Origin: the human T2T-CHM13v2.0 reference genome, Homo sapiens
DNA: 64,000 nucleotides
NCBI RefSeq assembly: GCF_009914755.1
Contig: NC_060926.1
Direction: 5' to 3' (one strand)
Each line of letters begins with the position of its first letter. The first letter of the stretch is position 1. The position numbers were made by a program, and so were the translations under genes. A model generated the notes under the pieces. That model was not told where the DNA came from. It saw only the letters and a list, made by a program, of their open reading frames with translations, and made no database searches. This document shows, piece by piece, positions 1 through 14,694 of the stretch.

Positions 1-19
1 CTCATTTAGTCCTTAGACG

Positions 20-385
20 AATCCTTTGAGGTTATTGATCTCCTTTTACCATTGAGGGTAATACAGCTAAGTGATGAGTGACTTCCCTAAGGTCCCACAG
101 TTAGGATCTGAACAGAGTTGGGATTTCAACCCAGGTTCGTTCTGTCCTCCCAACCATGTTATTTCCACTGTGTTACATTGTCCCCTTAAGGAGACTTACT
201 GATATTAGGAGGAGGGGTAGAAATAACATGTTTGGGATGCCTACTATGCACCAGACATGATGCTAAGTGCTTCACCATTATTTCTTTAACACCAATGACC
301 ATGTGGGGTAGGTGCTGTTATTACTGCAATTTCACAGAAGATGAAACCGAGGTTTAGAGATGTTAAGTGCCTTGCAAACTGTGTA
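20..385 (-). mobile_element. Two adjacent MIR SINE fragments (~20-170 and ~222-385)
   Basis: MIR core on the reverse strand, e.g. TTTCACAGAAGATGAAACCGAGGTTTAGAGATGTTAAGTGCCTTG and GTGACTTCCCTAAGGTCCCACAG. Boundaries approximate. Confidence 0.6.
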
Positions 386-2220
386 TTGAAGTGGGATGAC
401 CTTAGTGGTCTGAGAATCTACTGTTGGAATAATGAACTTAGGAGCATGAATAGAAACTGTATTTTCAGTGGATTGTCAAATATTTGTGGAGTGTCGGTGT
501 TGCTGAAGATTCTGTGTCTGAAATACTCTTCAGAGACACCAAGAAGTGTAAGACGTGCCCTGCTCTTGAGGAGTTGACAGTCTGCTTAGGAGAGTTACTA
601 CACCCAGGAAGGAAAGTTTCCCAGAGGAGATGTTTGAGTTATGCAAGGGTAAGGTGGGCTTGGAAGGGGGATGTATTGGGGACAGGGAAAATAACCTAGC
701 TACGATATGGAGAAAAGGTAGATTTCTTAGTTAGAGCAGACCTTCCTGATTCTGGAGGGCCTTGGGGGCCAGGGTTTGATCTTAGAGATGTTGGTACCTA
801 AGACGCCTTATTGAAGGCCCTGCTTTTAGTGAGTAGGGGCTGGAGTAAGGGTGTTCCGGACGGTTCACCTGGCAGGTGTGCAGGATGAAATCAGGGGAGG
901 GGCATGAGGATGGAGAAAGGCCCACCAGGTTAGAAAGCTGGTGTAAGCTACTGAGTAGGAGACAGTTAAGACAGGGACGCTTGTCAGAGTTAGCAATTCG
1001 ACTGGCTGTGGTTCTTAAGCAAAGGTGAGTAATGTTGAGAAAAAAGGCAGACATCTTACTGATGTGATTGAGTTGGATGCTCAGAGGAGAGAGGTACATT
1101 TGTCCAGGACTGGATGATTGTCAGAGGCTCTAAGAGGAACATGTGAGTTTATTTTCCCCCAGAAGGATGGATTTGCATTTGTTATTAGAAAATTCTCCAC
1201 TTTGGTTTCTTGTCTTAGCTCTACACAGTTCCCATTCATTACCTTAACATTGTACTGAGAGAGACCCAGGTCTGACCTGTATAGCAGTTTGAGTCGAGGG
1301 GCTGTCAAAGGGGTTGCCAAAGTCATCTAAAGGACTTGGCAACAGAAGTAGCATTATGACTTGGATCCACTTCTTTATAGACCAATATTGGCAGCCATGA
1401 AGGCTGGCTTGTCCTGGGTGCGGAATTCAGTTTTAGTGGCTGAATGCACAGACAGCAGGAAGAGAGAATAGGGGACAATGAACAACAGAGAGAGAAGAAA
1501 TGCAGTGTGTAGGGAACCTGCAGGTGGTAACAGTTGAAACTCATATCAATGATCTTGCCTATTTACCACTCCATGTGCCTCACTCTGGCTGTTCTAATCC
1601 AGCAGTAACCAGTATTGTATTCTAGGGTCCTTCCCCAAATTGGAGCTACCCCCAGAATTTCTCAGGCTTTTAATTCCTGAAAATCTTTTAAACTAAAACT
1701 TCTAGGTCAGTTGTCCCCAGGGGAACTGAGGCTGTTTTCTAGCCTGCTGTCATTGTCAGCAAAAGCTTGTCTACATGCTAATTATTCCAACTTTCAGTGA
1801 AGCAATTCAGTGAGTGATCAGTAGGAAATAAGCTTTGAGAGTTGGTTGGTTTCCTAGCATTGTCCTCTTTAATAAATAGAAATGAGACCAAATTTGGGGA
1901 CCTCATCTTGCCAAGGAAGAATTGTAGAGGTTAACCTCTCATGTGGAGAGGGCCTTGATTAGGATGCACCTCAGAGGTGGGCCTGTGTGGGTGGTTCTGC
2001 TTGTCTGTGGGGCTTGCTCTTGGGTGCTTCCTGAGGTGTGGTTGCACAGGGTGGTTATTCCTGAATGCAAGGGCTTACTATGATTTTCTCTTAGTGCCTC
2101 TCATTTCTGATGCTTTCTGTCCTATGAGGTCAGTCTACTTACTAGTTAGTATTCTATATTAATAAGTATGCCAAATGACTTAACTCCTCCAGAAATGTTA
2201 TTCGTTAAAAGATGAGATGT

Positions 2221-2398
2221 GCTGAGACAAGAGGATCGCTTGAGTCCGGAAGGTTGAGGCTGTTGTGTGCTATAATTGGGCCTGTGAATAGCCACTCTGT
2301 TCCAGCCTGGGCAACATAGTGACACCCGTCTCAAAAAAAAAAAAAAACAAACAAAACAAAGCAAAACAAAACAACAACAACAAAAAAACAAAACAAAC
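2221..2398 (+). mobile_element. Fossil Alu monomer (FAM/FRAM-like), 5'-truncated, with tail decayed to CAAAA/CAA repeats
   Basis: GGATCGCTTGAG...GCCTGTGAATAGCCACT...CCAGCCTGGGCAACATAGTGACACCCGTCTC followed by an A-rich tail. The GTGAATAGCCACT segment is typical of 7SL/FAM. Confidence 0.75.
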
Positions 2399-2518
2399 GT
2401 GAGTATGGCCACATTTAGCCTGACAGTCCCTTAATTCTGTGGTAAGGAGGCTGTGTCCTCCAGCACGGTGTTGGTAGGGTATAAGATGAAAAGATGCTGC
2501 CCTGAGATAACTCTCCAC

Positions 2519-2717
2519 CAGGGCTGTGTGGTAGAACTTTCTGTGGTGATGGAAGTGTTCTGTATCTGTGCTATCCAGTATGGTAGCCATTAGTCAACTG
2601 GCTTTTGAGCACTTAAAATATGGCTAGAGCATCTGAGGAATGAAATCTTAAAATTTTCTTTAGGTTGAAATAACCACACGTCATAAGTGGCTTCCTTGGT
2701 GGGCATCGCTGCTCTAG
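2519..2717. mobile_element. MER3-like hAT-Charlie non-autonomous DNA transposon
   Basis: TAGAACTTTCTGTGGTGATGGAAGTGTTCTGTATCTGTGCTATCCAGTATGGTAGCCATTAG...GAGCACTTAAAATATGGCTAG matches the recalled MER3 consensus. Confidence 0.7.
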
Positions 2718-2988
2718 CTGATGGCCAGAGATGACTGATTGCTCTATTTAGCCACAGAGCTAGGATGTAAGTCCTAGTGGGGCTGGCTCATTTGTGAGTG
2801 GAGATTTAAGACATGGATACTCTAATGCACATTAGAAAATTTAATATATTGCATGGGATTGTGAGGTTGTTTCATGTTGGAATTCAAAGAAGACTTTGGT
2901 GAGTTGGAGCTGGAAGTGGGAAGGGAAGTTTTTTTTAGAGGAAGATGGCATGCTTATAGCATTCAGGTCTTCTAAAAAAATTATCCAG

Positions 2989-3401
<413 letters not shown>

Positions 3402-4887
3402 TTAGCTTTCTGAATCTCAGTTTCTTCTCCTGTAAGGTATGAAAAATAGTACCTCAAAGAGGTACAGCTATGTTTGATAACTTGCCTGAGGCTCCTAGTG
3501 TCTCGGCACATAGCAGGTTCTCACTATAGGCATTATTAAGGGGAATAGGATTGGCATGTAGACACAAAGGTCCCTGAAGATCTAAAACTGCATAAGACTG
3601 GGTTCTTGCTCCTTTCCTTCATAGCCTCTGATGAGGGAGACTGTCTTTTCACACGTATTGAGCCAGGAGTGCTGAGATGATCGCAGAGACAGTTGAGAGA
3701 AGACAAGGAGAAAGGTGTGAAGAGCCTGAGTGATACACAGAGGGACCCTTGGAAATGTAAGAACTATAGTGTGATAAATCATGTCTCTGGTCAACAGTAA
3801 GGGCACAAGTTTATTCGTGCATAGTGCAGTCTTCAGAATTCTGACTTTTATTCTCTTCCTCTCCCCGAGGAGTATTAAAACTGGAGTTTACAGCTTAAAC
3901 ATTCTGGGTTTCTGGGCATTTATTTACATCACACCTTGGACACTTTCTGGAGCCAATTCCATTGTTTCCTTATGTGGGCTTTCTGTTGACTTGAACACAT
4001 GAGGTCGATTTAGTATATTACAAGAACTGAACTTCATCTTTCAGACATTAATGTTGCCTTTCTTGTCTGGCATTAAGTGCGAGATTAATCAAAAACAAGG
4101 GAAATTAATAACATGTTGGTATTCACAATTCATCAGGAGACCTCATAGCAGGTATGAAATTAACTTCTCTGAATTAATACACACCTCAACAAATTAAAGG
4201 TATAAAAAAGGTTTTATTTAATATTTAGGAAATGTCTCTGAATGTTTCCTACTTTGGTAATTAGTTAAGTTAGATGTTGGGTGGTGATGGGACAATGCAC
4301 AATAGATGAGGTCACCTCAGGACCCGTAGAAAGCTTTAAATCAACTGTTTTTTTTCTTTATAGGGAATTCACTTAGATAAATGAGATAAAACCAGATGGT
4401 TGATACAGACTTGTCTCTTGTCAATTGAAAAAGGTTTGCCCAAAGACTTGCAGTTTTGATCTCTATTAACTACAAATTTGATCCTGGGTTCTGTGTTTCC
4501 TTGTTATGACATATGGTAAGATGGGTCTCAAAGGATACATTACGAGGAACACATTATGGAAACTAACAGGGAGTTATAAGTCTCTATTACAACATTAGCT
4601 GAGGTTGATAAAGGACAAGCTTTTGTTACTGATTTGTTCCTGTAATTACATCAGAAATAACAGGCAGCAGTCACCTTCCATTAGGGGCGGGAGGGAAGGA
4701 TCCTTACTATTTAAGTGATCACATAAGGTGCTGAATGAATCATCCTCAGCCTCATCATGAGGAATTAAAAATAGAACAGTTGACATCATCCTATAGCAGG
4801 TTTCTAAGGGACAGAAAAATGCCAGATAGTTTAAGGAAAAGAGCTGTCTGAAGTAATGGCCCAGCCCACATGTTTACAGCGTGTTGG

Positions 4888-5067
4888 CAGTGGTTCTCCA
4901 ACTTCAGCATGCATCCAAGAATCACCTGGAGGCCTTGTTAAAACAGTGCTGGCCCCATCCCAGAGTTTCCGATTGAGTGGGCCTGTGGCAGGGTCTTAGA
5001 TTTTTGCATTCATACCTTCCCAGGTGATGATGTTGCCGGTTCGGGGTCTACACTTTGAGAACCACTG
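4888..5067. mobile_element. MER5A hAT-Charlie MITE
   Basis: Terminal inverted repeats CAGTGGTTCTC...GAGAACCACTG and internal AGAATCACCTGGAGG..TTGTTAAAAC. Confidence 0.85.
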
Positions 5068-6752
5068 CGCTAAAGGAAAGAAACACAAGTAGCTTGGGGA
5101 TGGTTTAGAAAACAGAATTTTAAGATTAATACCCTGGTGCTTGTTAAAATTTTGATGACAATACCAAATTTCATTTGTTATGGTGTGCAAGTCTTGTAAA
5201 GGGAATCTGTTCTTTGTGATACTGCAAATGAACATTAAAAATGGTTGCAAACCTACATAAGTGGTCTCCCAGCATGGTTTCATCATGTCTTGGTTAAAAT
5301 TTTGGATAAGCTTTGGCTACAACTATTATCTCTGTAATCCAAGTTAGTGATGGATTCAGAAGTTTGGCTATTTTTTTCTCAACTGTAAATCAAACATGCT
5401 GTACCTGGGGACCATTTGTAGGACAGCAGTCATTTTAACTAAGGGCATTCCAAGTTGCAAGCCATTAAATCATCCTTGTCACACCTGTCTGACAAAGTAG
5501 CTATCAGCAAAATAACTGTCAGGTAGCATCAGGCACCACCTGCTCCTATGGTTCCAGGCTTCGCAGTGGTTCTAGAACTGCCTGTTTATAATCCTATTAA
5601 TTTATTGTTGCATTAAAGCAACAGCAACCAGAGTAATCATAATTGCTAACATTTGTGGAAGGCGCACTGACCCTGGTGCCACACACAGACTGTGTCTCCC
5701 TTGCCTTGGCTGTGAATCCCCATTTTCATAATGAGGCCCCATGACGACCTCTGTTTTAGACACAAAAAGATGGGGGGTTGGAGATCACTTGGTTGCTGTC
5801 ACACAGTTTGACAGCTGGAGCTTTGTATTTGAGCCCAGGCAGTATTAGTGAGTTGGGACAGATTTTGATTTTATTGTATTTGGGGGACACTTTTCATGGA
5901 GACTTGATGAGAGGCCTCATTGAAATGGAAAGATGAGAGAAAGTTTTGAGTTGAGTGAATCTAAACCTATTTAAGGTTACCATTTAATATGTTCTGGCGT
6001 CAAAGACCAACCTAGATCTATGAAACTGGGCTTCACAGTATGGTGAATTTAGCTGCTCTGCCCATGTGGATGAAAGCCACGTGAAGCTAGTATTGTAATT
6101 GTAGGGCTCTTTTCTATGTGATTATCTGATGCATGACAAGGAAGATTGAAAGACTTAAAGTTTATAAATGTGGTCATGATTTGTTTCTAGTGCATATCAG
6201 TTGGTCTTATTTGAAATACTTTCTCTAGGCATAAAGGAGTTTAAGGCAGAACCATAGACACTCTTTACTTTGATGTTCTCAGCCACCTTTGTCTTAGATG
6301 TGGAAAAAGATAGGGAAATCCGTGGTTGTTTTTGGTATTCAGGATTCTGAGATTCTTCTACTGGGAGAGACGTCGTCCATAGGGAATAAGAGAAAGAAAT
6401 GCTTGAGGTTGACCCCTTGAGAAGGGATCAACCTGACAGGTTCCAGTGCTGAGGGTCATAAGTGGGTGGGGAGATGTGAGACCTGCAGGTCTGGAATTGC
6501 CCACCTTTGTCCTGTGCCATTGGATCCTGGGTGGGCACCACACAGCTGGGCCCCCTGCACCTGTATTGGCTTGTCATGGCTTACCTTTAGAAATACTTTG
6601 GGGGAGGGCAAAGAGACAATGCAGGTTTCTGGTAGAATGCTGTGGTAGAGTAAGAATGTATCAAGTAGGTTATTTTGTTTGTAGGGCATTTATAACTTTC
6701 ATCCAAAAAATAAAATGAAAGGAATAAATGTTGGTTGAAAATGGGATTTCAA

Positions 6753-6880
6753 GGCCGGGCGCAGTGGCTTATGCCTGTAATCCCAGCACTTTGGGAGGCC
6801 GAGGCAGGAGGCTCACTTGAGCTTAGGGGTTTGAGACCAGCCTGGGCAATATAGTGAAACCTCATCTCCATAATTTAAAA

Positions 6881-6883
<3 letters not shown>
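6753..6883 (+). mobile_element. Alu left monomer (FLAM_C-like)
   Basis: GGCCGGGCGCAGTGGCTTATGCCTGTAATCCCAGCACTTTGGGAGGCC...CACTTGAGCTTAGG...GGCAATATAGTGAAACC; no right monomer follows. Confidence 0.85.

Positions 6884-6939
<56 letters not shown>
6884..6939 (+). repeat. (CA)n microsatellite with one GA interruption, in the Alu monomer tail
   Basis: Seen directly in the sequence. Confidence 0.97.
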
Positions 6940-6945
<6 letters not shown>

Positions 6946-8354
6946 AAAGATTGAATTGTACTTCCATGATATCCATCTACAAATGCTTTCACAGCTGAGT
7001 TATAATTAAGAAAGGGAAGAAAATTACAGCATAATCCCAAGAAGAAATTGAGGGAGCCAATTAATCTCCAAAAATTACTTTGGGTGAAATCTTGATGAAT
7101 GCTGTGGTGGTATACAGCACCTGATGTGAAAATCAGGAAGGAGAAAGGACTTCTTCAATATTTTCTTTATCTATAGACACAGCTTGAAATGTCTATAAAT
7201 TTCTATTAATGTTATGTACTTGGCTCTGCAGGAAATGATATTTAAGATTAGTTGAAAAAAAGGTTTTGCTGATGGTAGAATTTAAGGGCCTTTTGGTTTC
7301 TTGGTGACCAGGTGTTTTGCAAATGAACAGAGAGCCAAGGGTGGCGCAGTAGTTTTCAGGTGACTCAGGAGGTAGCTTGTCTGATTCTTAAGGTAAAATC
7401 GAGATTTGAAAGCATTGGTGAAGTAAAGGATAATAAACTACTTCTTTATATCATGAACTTTTTTTTGAATCTTACAGTTTCATTACTGGTATGATTCATA
7501 AGTCACCTGCCACCCATGGACAGTACTCATAAGGAAAATTGCCATATGATGCACCAACTAGGTGTTTATGAAAACATAAAAGATGAAAAGCACTGAAACT
7601 AAGTTGGTATCATTTAGGCCCGAGGCATGTGGGTATATATTCCATTAGCCTACACCACTACTCATGAATGAAGTGCTCTTGATCTGACCAAGATGCTGAG
7701 GATTGTTTTCTAGAAACAAATCTTGACTGCACTTACTAGAGTTACAGCTTTTTCCGTATCACGATAATCCATTTTCAAAACCCATTCCTTCACCTCAAGG
7801 CTATCTCAGACACATGCTAGTTTAAAAGGGGTCACTGGCGTGGAATCAATTCTTTCCAACTGTCCATCCTTTAGTAAACATTTATTGAGCCCAGACTGTT
7901 TCATAGAGATGGTGGATTTGTAATGACTGTGGGTTGAGCCTGTTCTCCTAAGTTGCCCAAGTGTACAAACCTCTGTTACTGCTCAGGGCTTGTTGACACA
8001 GACAAAAATGCTAATACTTTATGCGGTTTGCAGGAATTGGCTTCGTTTGGATTAAAAATAATGAAACTCTTCCAGAAACTTTTCAGATGATTATACAGTA
8101 TGCTCTTCCATGAAGTCCTTAAGAATAAGTTAGTATTAAGACAACAGTCAGCTTGAAGGTGGATCTGTCCCTCCCTCCCTTACTGAGGTCTTTCTCAGTT
8201 TTACAATTTTCTGCTCATACAGTCCATGAACATCAGAAACATACTATACATGTCTTTTAATGGACATATTTTTCCCTGGTTTCTTTTTTATAAAGGAGTT
8301 TTGTAGAGGGAAAATAGCCAATCAGAAGCACATAGTAGATATAGATCTCTACTC

Positions 8355-8660
8355 TTTTTTTTTTTTTCTTTTTTTTGAGACGGAATATTGCTCTGTCACC
8401 CAGGCTGGAGTGCAATGGTGCAATTTCGGCTCACTGTAACCTCTGCCTCCTGGGTCCAAGTGATTTCTCATGCCTCAGCCTCCCTGAGTAACTGGGATTA
8501 CAGGCACGTACCATCACACCAAGCTAATTTTTGTATTTTTAGTAGAGATAGGGTTTTGCCATGTTGGCCAGGCTGGTTTTAAACTCCTGACCTCAGGTGA
8601 TCTGCCTGCCTTAGCCTCCCAAAGCGCTGGGATTCCATGCATGAGCCACTGTGTCCGGCC
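8355..8660 (-). mobile_element. AluSx-family element
   Basis: Poly-T followed by the reverse Alu body, with CTCCTGACCTCAGGTGATCTGCC, ending ...CCGGCC. Confidence 0.9.
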
Positions 8661-9770
8661 GAGATATATTTCCAAAATGGCTTTTTATTGCTTCTTTTGG
8701 TTTTATTCTTCAGGGAGAAACAGCTACAAGGAATCTATTTGAACAAACAGGCTTGTAATTCAATTGGGTTTATTTCATACTATAAACTCCTGAGTTTTTT
8801 TTGTAATGGTGCTATTTTTAAAATTGTGCATATATATTTGGGACTGTGTGTATATATTAATGTAGGCTAGTCCGGAAAGCATTAGGATTGGTAAGAGCTT
8901 TGGTTTAATGCCTCCTGAGACCTGGGACAAGAAGCAGTTTTGTGCAGAGGCTCTGTCTTTGCCAAGTGTCACCTTACTCCCGCTGAACTAATAATGGATG
9001 GATTTGGATCCTAACAAGTGAGATAATAATTTTTAGACAAATGCCTCTGGGTGTCGAAGTGATAGGGCCGCCCACCTAGCTATTTTTAAGTATCTTTTTT
9101 TGGGAGACGATCTTAAAGGCAGTTGGGCTCCAAAAAAACGGAGAACCAAAGTTCATACAATCTCTTTGTCAGCCTGTTTGCAATGGATCAAGTCCTTTAA
9201 GAGGAGGAACTTAAAACCGTCCTTGTCCTTGTGATTTCAGAAGTGATTCCTATTCTAAAGTGGACATTGGAGGAGGCTCTGTTAAGCCATGTAAGTACTA
9301 TAGTAAGCAGATACTCACCTGGGCTAAGCAGAGAGCTGGGGTATTTGCTCTTGTCGGGGAGAGGGCCAAGTTATGTAGAGTAGTCCCATGTTATGCTTTG
9401 GGGCCATCAAAATACACTTTGGCACTCTGGTCCCAAAGAGCAAGGGGGTGGCTCTCTTGGTACCACCCATAATCCTGAGGGGACATCTCTGGCTATCTGG
9501 TGAAGGCCTGGTAGAATTTTTTCAGAGTAATTGGACAAGATTATTTTATGTGTATAGAATTAGTGAAGTGACTGGAGCAGAAGGCTATTTTTTACTTCAT
9601 TCAATCATTATCAGTACAAATTTATTGAGCTTGACCATGGCCACTTAATTCTTATGTAGAAAGGCTGGCCCTTTAGAGCAGCCCAACCTGGGCCCAACAC
9701 ACACATCATCATGGTGTCAGTGGAAGGAAGCCCACTGAACTGGAGCGTGTGACTCCTAAGGACAGTATAG

Positions 9771-10186
<416 letters not shown>

Positions 10187-13100
10187 AGTACTTCTTATTT
10201 TACCCATCTGAATTGTTTGTAGCACTTAAACCCACTGCCTAAGGGGCAGACCCTTGAGAAGTTAGCTTGGTAAATCAGATGTTCACCTTGGAGCAGAACA
10301 TTTATATTTCACAGGCTGATAGGAATTGGGTGTCAAGGTTATGGGGTCAACAGAATGAAACATTAAACATTCCTAATTCTTGTTTCTTTTATGTATGTGG
10401 GTCTTTGAACACACTTTGTCTCTGACAACATCACAGGAGGAAAAACACCCCAGCATCCCACAACTAGATGAATGTCTTGACGTGAATAAAAGCATTAACG
10501 TTAGAGCTAGGAAATCGTGTGACCACATGATTTCTATCTAAGGCTTCTCTCTAGCTGTCACCTTGAGAGTTTGTCCCACTGGGAGAAACCGGAGAAACAG
10601 AAAATATGTCCTTTGGAAACTCAAAGGGATTTTTAATCTCTAAAAACATGAGATTTTTGTCTCAAATACAAGCATATTTAATCCATCCTTTCATGTCCCC
10701 CATATATACATCCCACACCCTGCTTAATAGGAATGTGACTTCATTTTAGGGACTGGACAACTGAACAATCTGTCTTCCAGGGTCTGTTTCCCCTGAAACT
10801 GGTTTAGTGCTGCCAGGTAGGGAAGTCTGCTCTTCAAGGGTTGCCAGGTGGGGCAGCTGGGGATAGTAGGCTGGCACTGGGGAGGGTGGAGCTGGGTCTG
10901 TCAGCCCTGCCACCCATTGCTGTGGTTTATGCTCTGGGAAAGATGGTCATCTTCCTGCATGTACTGTGCTGCGATTCTCACGCCAGTATCTGCACCCCCT
11001 TGTTCTCAGCTCTGCACCATGTGGGTTTGACAGCCTTCATGAGGCAGGCAGACGTGTTGGCGTCATGTGGGACTCCTCGGCTGTGTCTTTCTGCCACTAA
11101 ATATGTTGTCGCTTTCCCCCTCCAGCATGTCATATACCTAGCTGCCTTTGGAGAGGCCTCTTGGCGCTCTCAGGAATAACTACCGAAAGAGCAGCTGTCT
11201 GTCAGCCTCCTCCAGAGCCGTCGGCTTGGGCTGTTGTCAACCTGTTGTTGGAGGAGTTCCCAGAGCAGCAGACTTAACTGCCATTGACATTTATAACTCG
11301 AAAGCCATATCACAGATGACTTTACATTCTTTGTAATCCTTTAAATAGCCTTCAGCGTATAAAGCACGTGGCCTCTACACGCTTTCTCCACCTTAGAGAG
11401 TGAGGAAATAGTTGGATCATCCTGAAGGTGGTGAAGTGGCTCACTGTTCTCCCCCACCCAGGTTATAAATCATCATCTCTCTTCTGACTTAGGTAGGAAG
11501 AAGTTGTCCTGGCTTTATGCTTAGATTTATGTGAGATCATACGAAGTCAGTTTAGATTGGGGAAGAGCATTAGCTTCTAAGCCCAAATGAGCCTTTACCT
11601 CTAGCAGCCACAGAGCCTGTGATAAGAGGGTGTCCCTGGGAATTGGATGTCAGGAAACGTTTCTCACATGGCCAGTGGATCTTGTGTCTGGTCATTTATG
11701 TCCTAGTTTCTAAGACAGCCTGTTTTTACATCTCATTTCTTAAGACATAACTGGAAGAGAAAGATGCCATGTTCCTGGTACAAGTAAAAATGAAAGCCAC
11801 CTCAGTGGATCTGAGAAACACATACTGCCAAAGAAAGTAGAGAAAGGGCAGAATTGGAATGGATTTAGTTACTGTGGGTCTGTCTAGACATTATTTGAGG
11901 GCTAGCGCTGGCTTCACTCACCTCTATGCCATGCGTGGCTAGTGCCAGTGGCTGGCACATAGCAGCATATGAGCTGAATGAGTATAAAGCAGTCTAATTT
12001 TTAGGCAGTAAAAGTTTTGTTTCATTTTATTTTTACCTGGGTAGCACAGACATTGAAATGTGTTAATCAACAAATGCAGAGTATGAGATTAAAAACTAAT
12101 GACATTTTCCTGTTGGCATCAAAGATGAATAATTTGAGACAAGTCATGGGAACTAGATGGCAAGTCTTAAACATGATAAAATAAAGCACCTTCATTGTCT
12201 CTGCTCAGATTTCTTCCTGTGCTTCCCAGGATGTTGGTCAGTCATATCTTATAAAAGGCCAATGCCTGATCTTGGCTGGGGTGCATAGCTTGCCTAGCGT
12301 TGGGCAGAAATAGGCCTCTTGAGCCGCTTGATGGTGACCATGGGCTTTGGCAAGATTGTTAACTGAGGAATGTTGTCACCTCTTCTGGTTGCTTTGCCTG
12401 TGATGCATGTCAGTATCTCATCTCAGTCCTCATTCTCAGAGCCTGGGAAGTGGCTCAGAATCCCCACGGTTGCACTCTAGATACCACTGCCCATTGACAG
12501 AGTGGCGAGGTGGGTGAAACCTTGCTTTCCTCCTGGCCCGTGGGCAGGGTGGGGCTGTGGGCCAGCCCATATCTCCCTACCAGGGAGTATGTGTCCGGGT
12601 GTGTGGAGCAGCAGAGCAGTGTTCCTTCACCTGCAGCGTCCAGGTCTGCTGCATCGAATCAGGATTCTGGTTCATGGCAAGAGATTTTCATGTTTCTTTG
12701 TCTTTCCCTAGAAAATGTCTAAATATTTTAAATATTTCAAATATCCACACAAGTACAGAGAGTGAATAGGGCAGGCTCTTATGTACCTACCCCTCCATAT
12801 TCCCTGCCTTTCTGATCTTGCTGCTAATATGTCTTATTAACTTTGGAAGATATTTGCTTTGGCTTGTGTTAAAATTACTGTTATTTTGTCCCTGGAAGTT
12901 CTGAAATGTGTGGTTGGCCTGGGACTCAGACCCATCAGGAACTCTAGTGTACCTCCTGTCTGAGGAAGGTTGGCACTACCTGGATCCACCCTTAGCTACG
13001 GGTTCCTTTGTTGTTAGGTCACTGCCATCTATTTCCCCTCTTAATTCAGTTTCAAGGAGCCATGAGTGTGTGAGAGAGAATCCCCTTCCTCTTTCCTCCC

Positions 13101-13791
13101 TCCTCTTCCGGCTAGTTCAGGACTCCCCTGTGATGGGGTAATTCAGTGGGTCCCACTTGGCGGAGCTGATGCTGTCTCCACATCCTGTTCCCTTCCCATA
13201 ATACTTCATCATAGTTGATGCCACTTTGTGAATAATTTCTCTTTTCTCTCCAAGCCAGGTTTGGGATTTCTCCATGTGTGTCCACCTCCCTGGAAGAAAG
13301 GGGTGGAGGCCGCTTTACTTTGTCTTTGGGGTTGAGAGTGATGGATAGATGGCATCTGTCAGGCAGGTGGAGGTGCTTCCTCAGGTTAATTAATGTGGGT
13401 AGGACCCACAGACAGGTTTCTCCTTCTTTCTTTTAACTGGCTATTTTCTGGGAGCAGGGTCCTGGATTATTTTATGATAGCTTACAATCATGTTGTTTTA
13501 TGACTAGTCATCCATTTAACTGTTTGTTTTGGCCAGATCCTCAGGATGGCTTATAGGAATTGGTGCCCATGGCTAGCACGTTGGAGGGGCTGGGGAAGGT
13601 TAAGACTACTGTTTACAGAGAGAGGTACCACCTTGAGAGGAAGGCTGAAGGGGGTTGCTGGGCCAGAACATGGAGGAGAGCCTCCTGAGAGTAAAGCAGG
13701 AAGGATTGGGAAGGGGGTGTGGAGGCCTTGGGAATTGGCTGAAGAGTTTTGGGACTCTGGGAAGGAGGAAAAATAGTTCTTAAAAATTCTA

Positions 13792-14068
13792 GGCTGGACA
13801 CAGTGGTTCACGCCTGTAATCCCAGCACTTTGGGAGGCCGGGGTGGGTGGATTGCGAGGTCAGGAGTTCGAGAACAGCCTGGCCAACGTGGTGAAACCCC
13901 TTCTCTGTTAAAAATACAAAAATTACCTGGGTGTGCTGGCATATGCCTGTAATTCTAGCTACTCAGGGAGGCTGAGGCAGGAGAATCGCTTGAACCCAGG
14001 AAACGGAGGTTGCAGTGAGCCGAGATCACACCACTGCACTCCAGCCTGGGTGACAGAGGGAGACTCTG

Positions 14069-14101
<33 letters not shown>
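13792..14101 (+). mobile_element. AluS (Sg-like), full length
   Basis: Alu dimer with a long A tail; TSD AAAAATTCTA on both sides. Confidence 0.9.
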
Positions 14102-14103
<2 letters not shown>

Positions 14104-14650
14104 CTAAACCATCAAGAACTGATAAGAATAAACGACTAGAAAAATGACATTTAAAAAGTCTATAATACAAGCCCCTAATTTTATTAGATTCAAAGACATA
14201 ATATTACCTTAGCAAATTGCTATAAAAGTTTCTAGAACACTTACACTCAATTTCAGTATTGATCATAGAGCAGAAACAAATACTTGGTGGACTGGCAGTG
14301 TGCTGCAGGCTCCCCTTGGAGTGGCACTGACCTTTGAGAGGTGGGTCTCAGCTCTTTTCTGCCTTTGGATGCCTGGAGGCCCACCTTGACCTCCAAGGGT
14401 CTTGGTTTTTAGGCTATAGGATGAAAGTGGTGGTTTAACAGGTCACTGGTCTCCCGACAGGACATGTGGGACCAGGAACAGGTGCTTGTTTCTGAGCCTT
14501 TGCCCAAGTGGGTTCCCCTTAGGGCTCCTTCTGGAAGGGACATGCTGCAGTTATCTCATATACCCCCTCAACCACCATGACCAGATATCTGACCCACTCA
14601 TTTGAAAGGCACGTGTCCTGTGATAGGGACCTCCTGTAACAAATGAACCC

Positions 14651-14652
14651 GT

Positions 14653-14690
<38 letters not shown>
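14651..14690 (+). repeat. (TG)n microsatellite
   Basis: Seen directly in the sequence. Confidence 0.97.
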
Positions 14691-14694
<4 letters not shown>
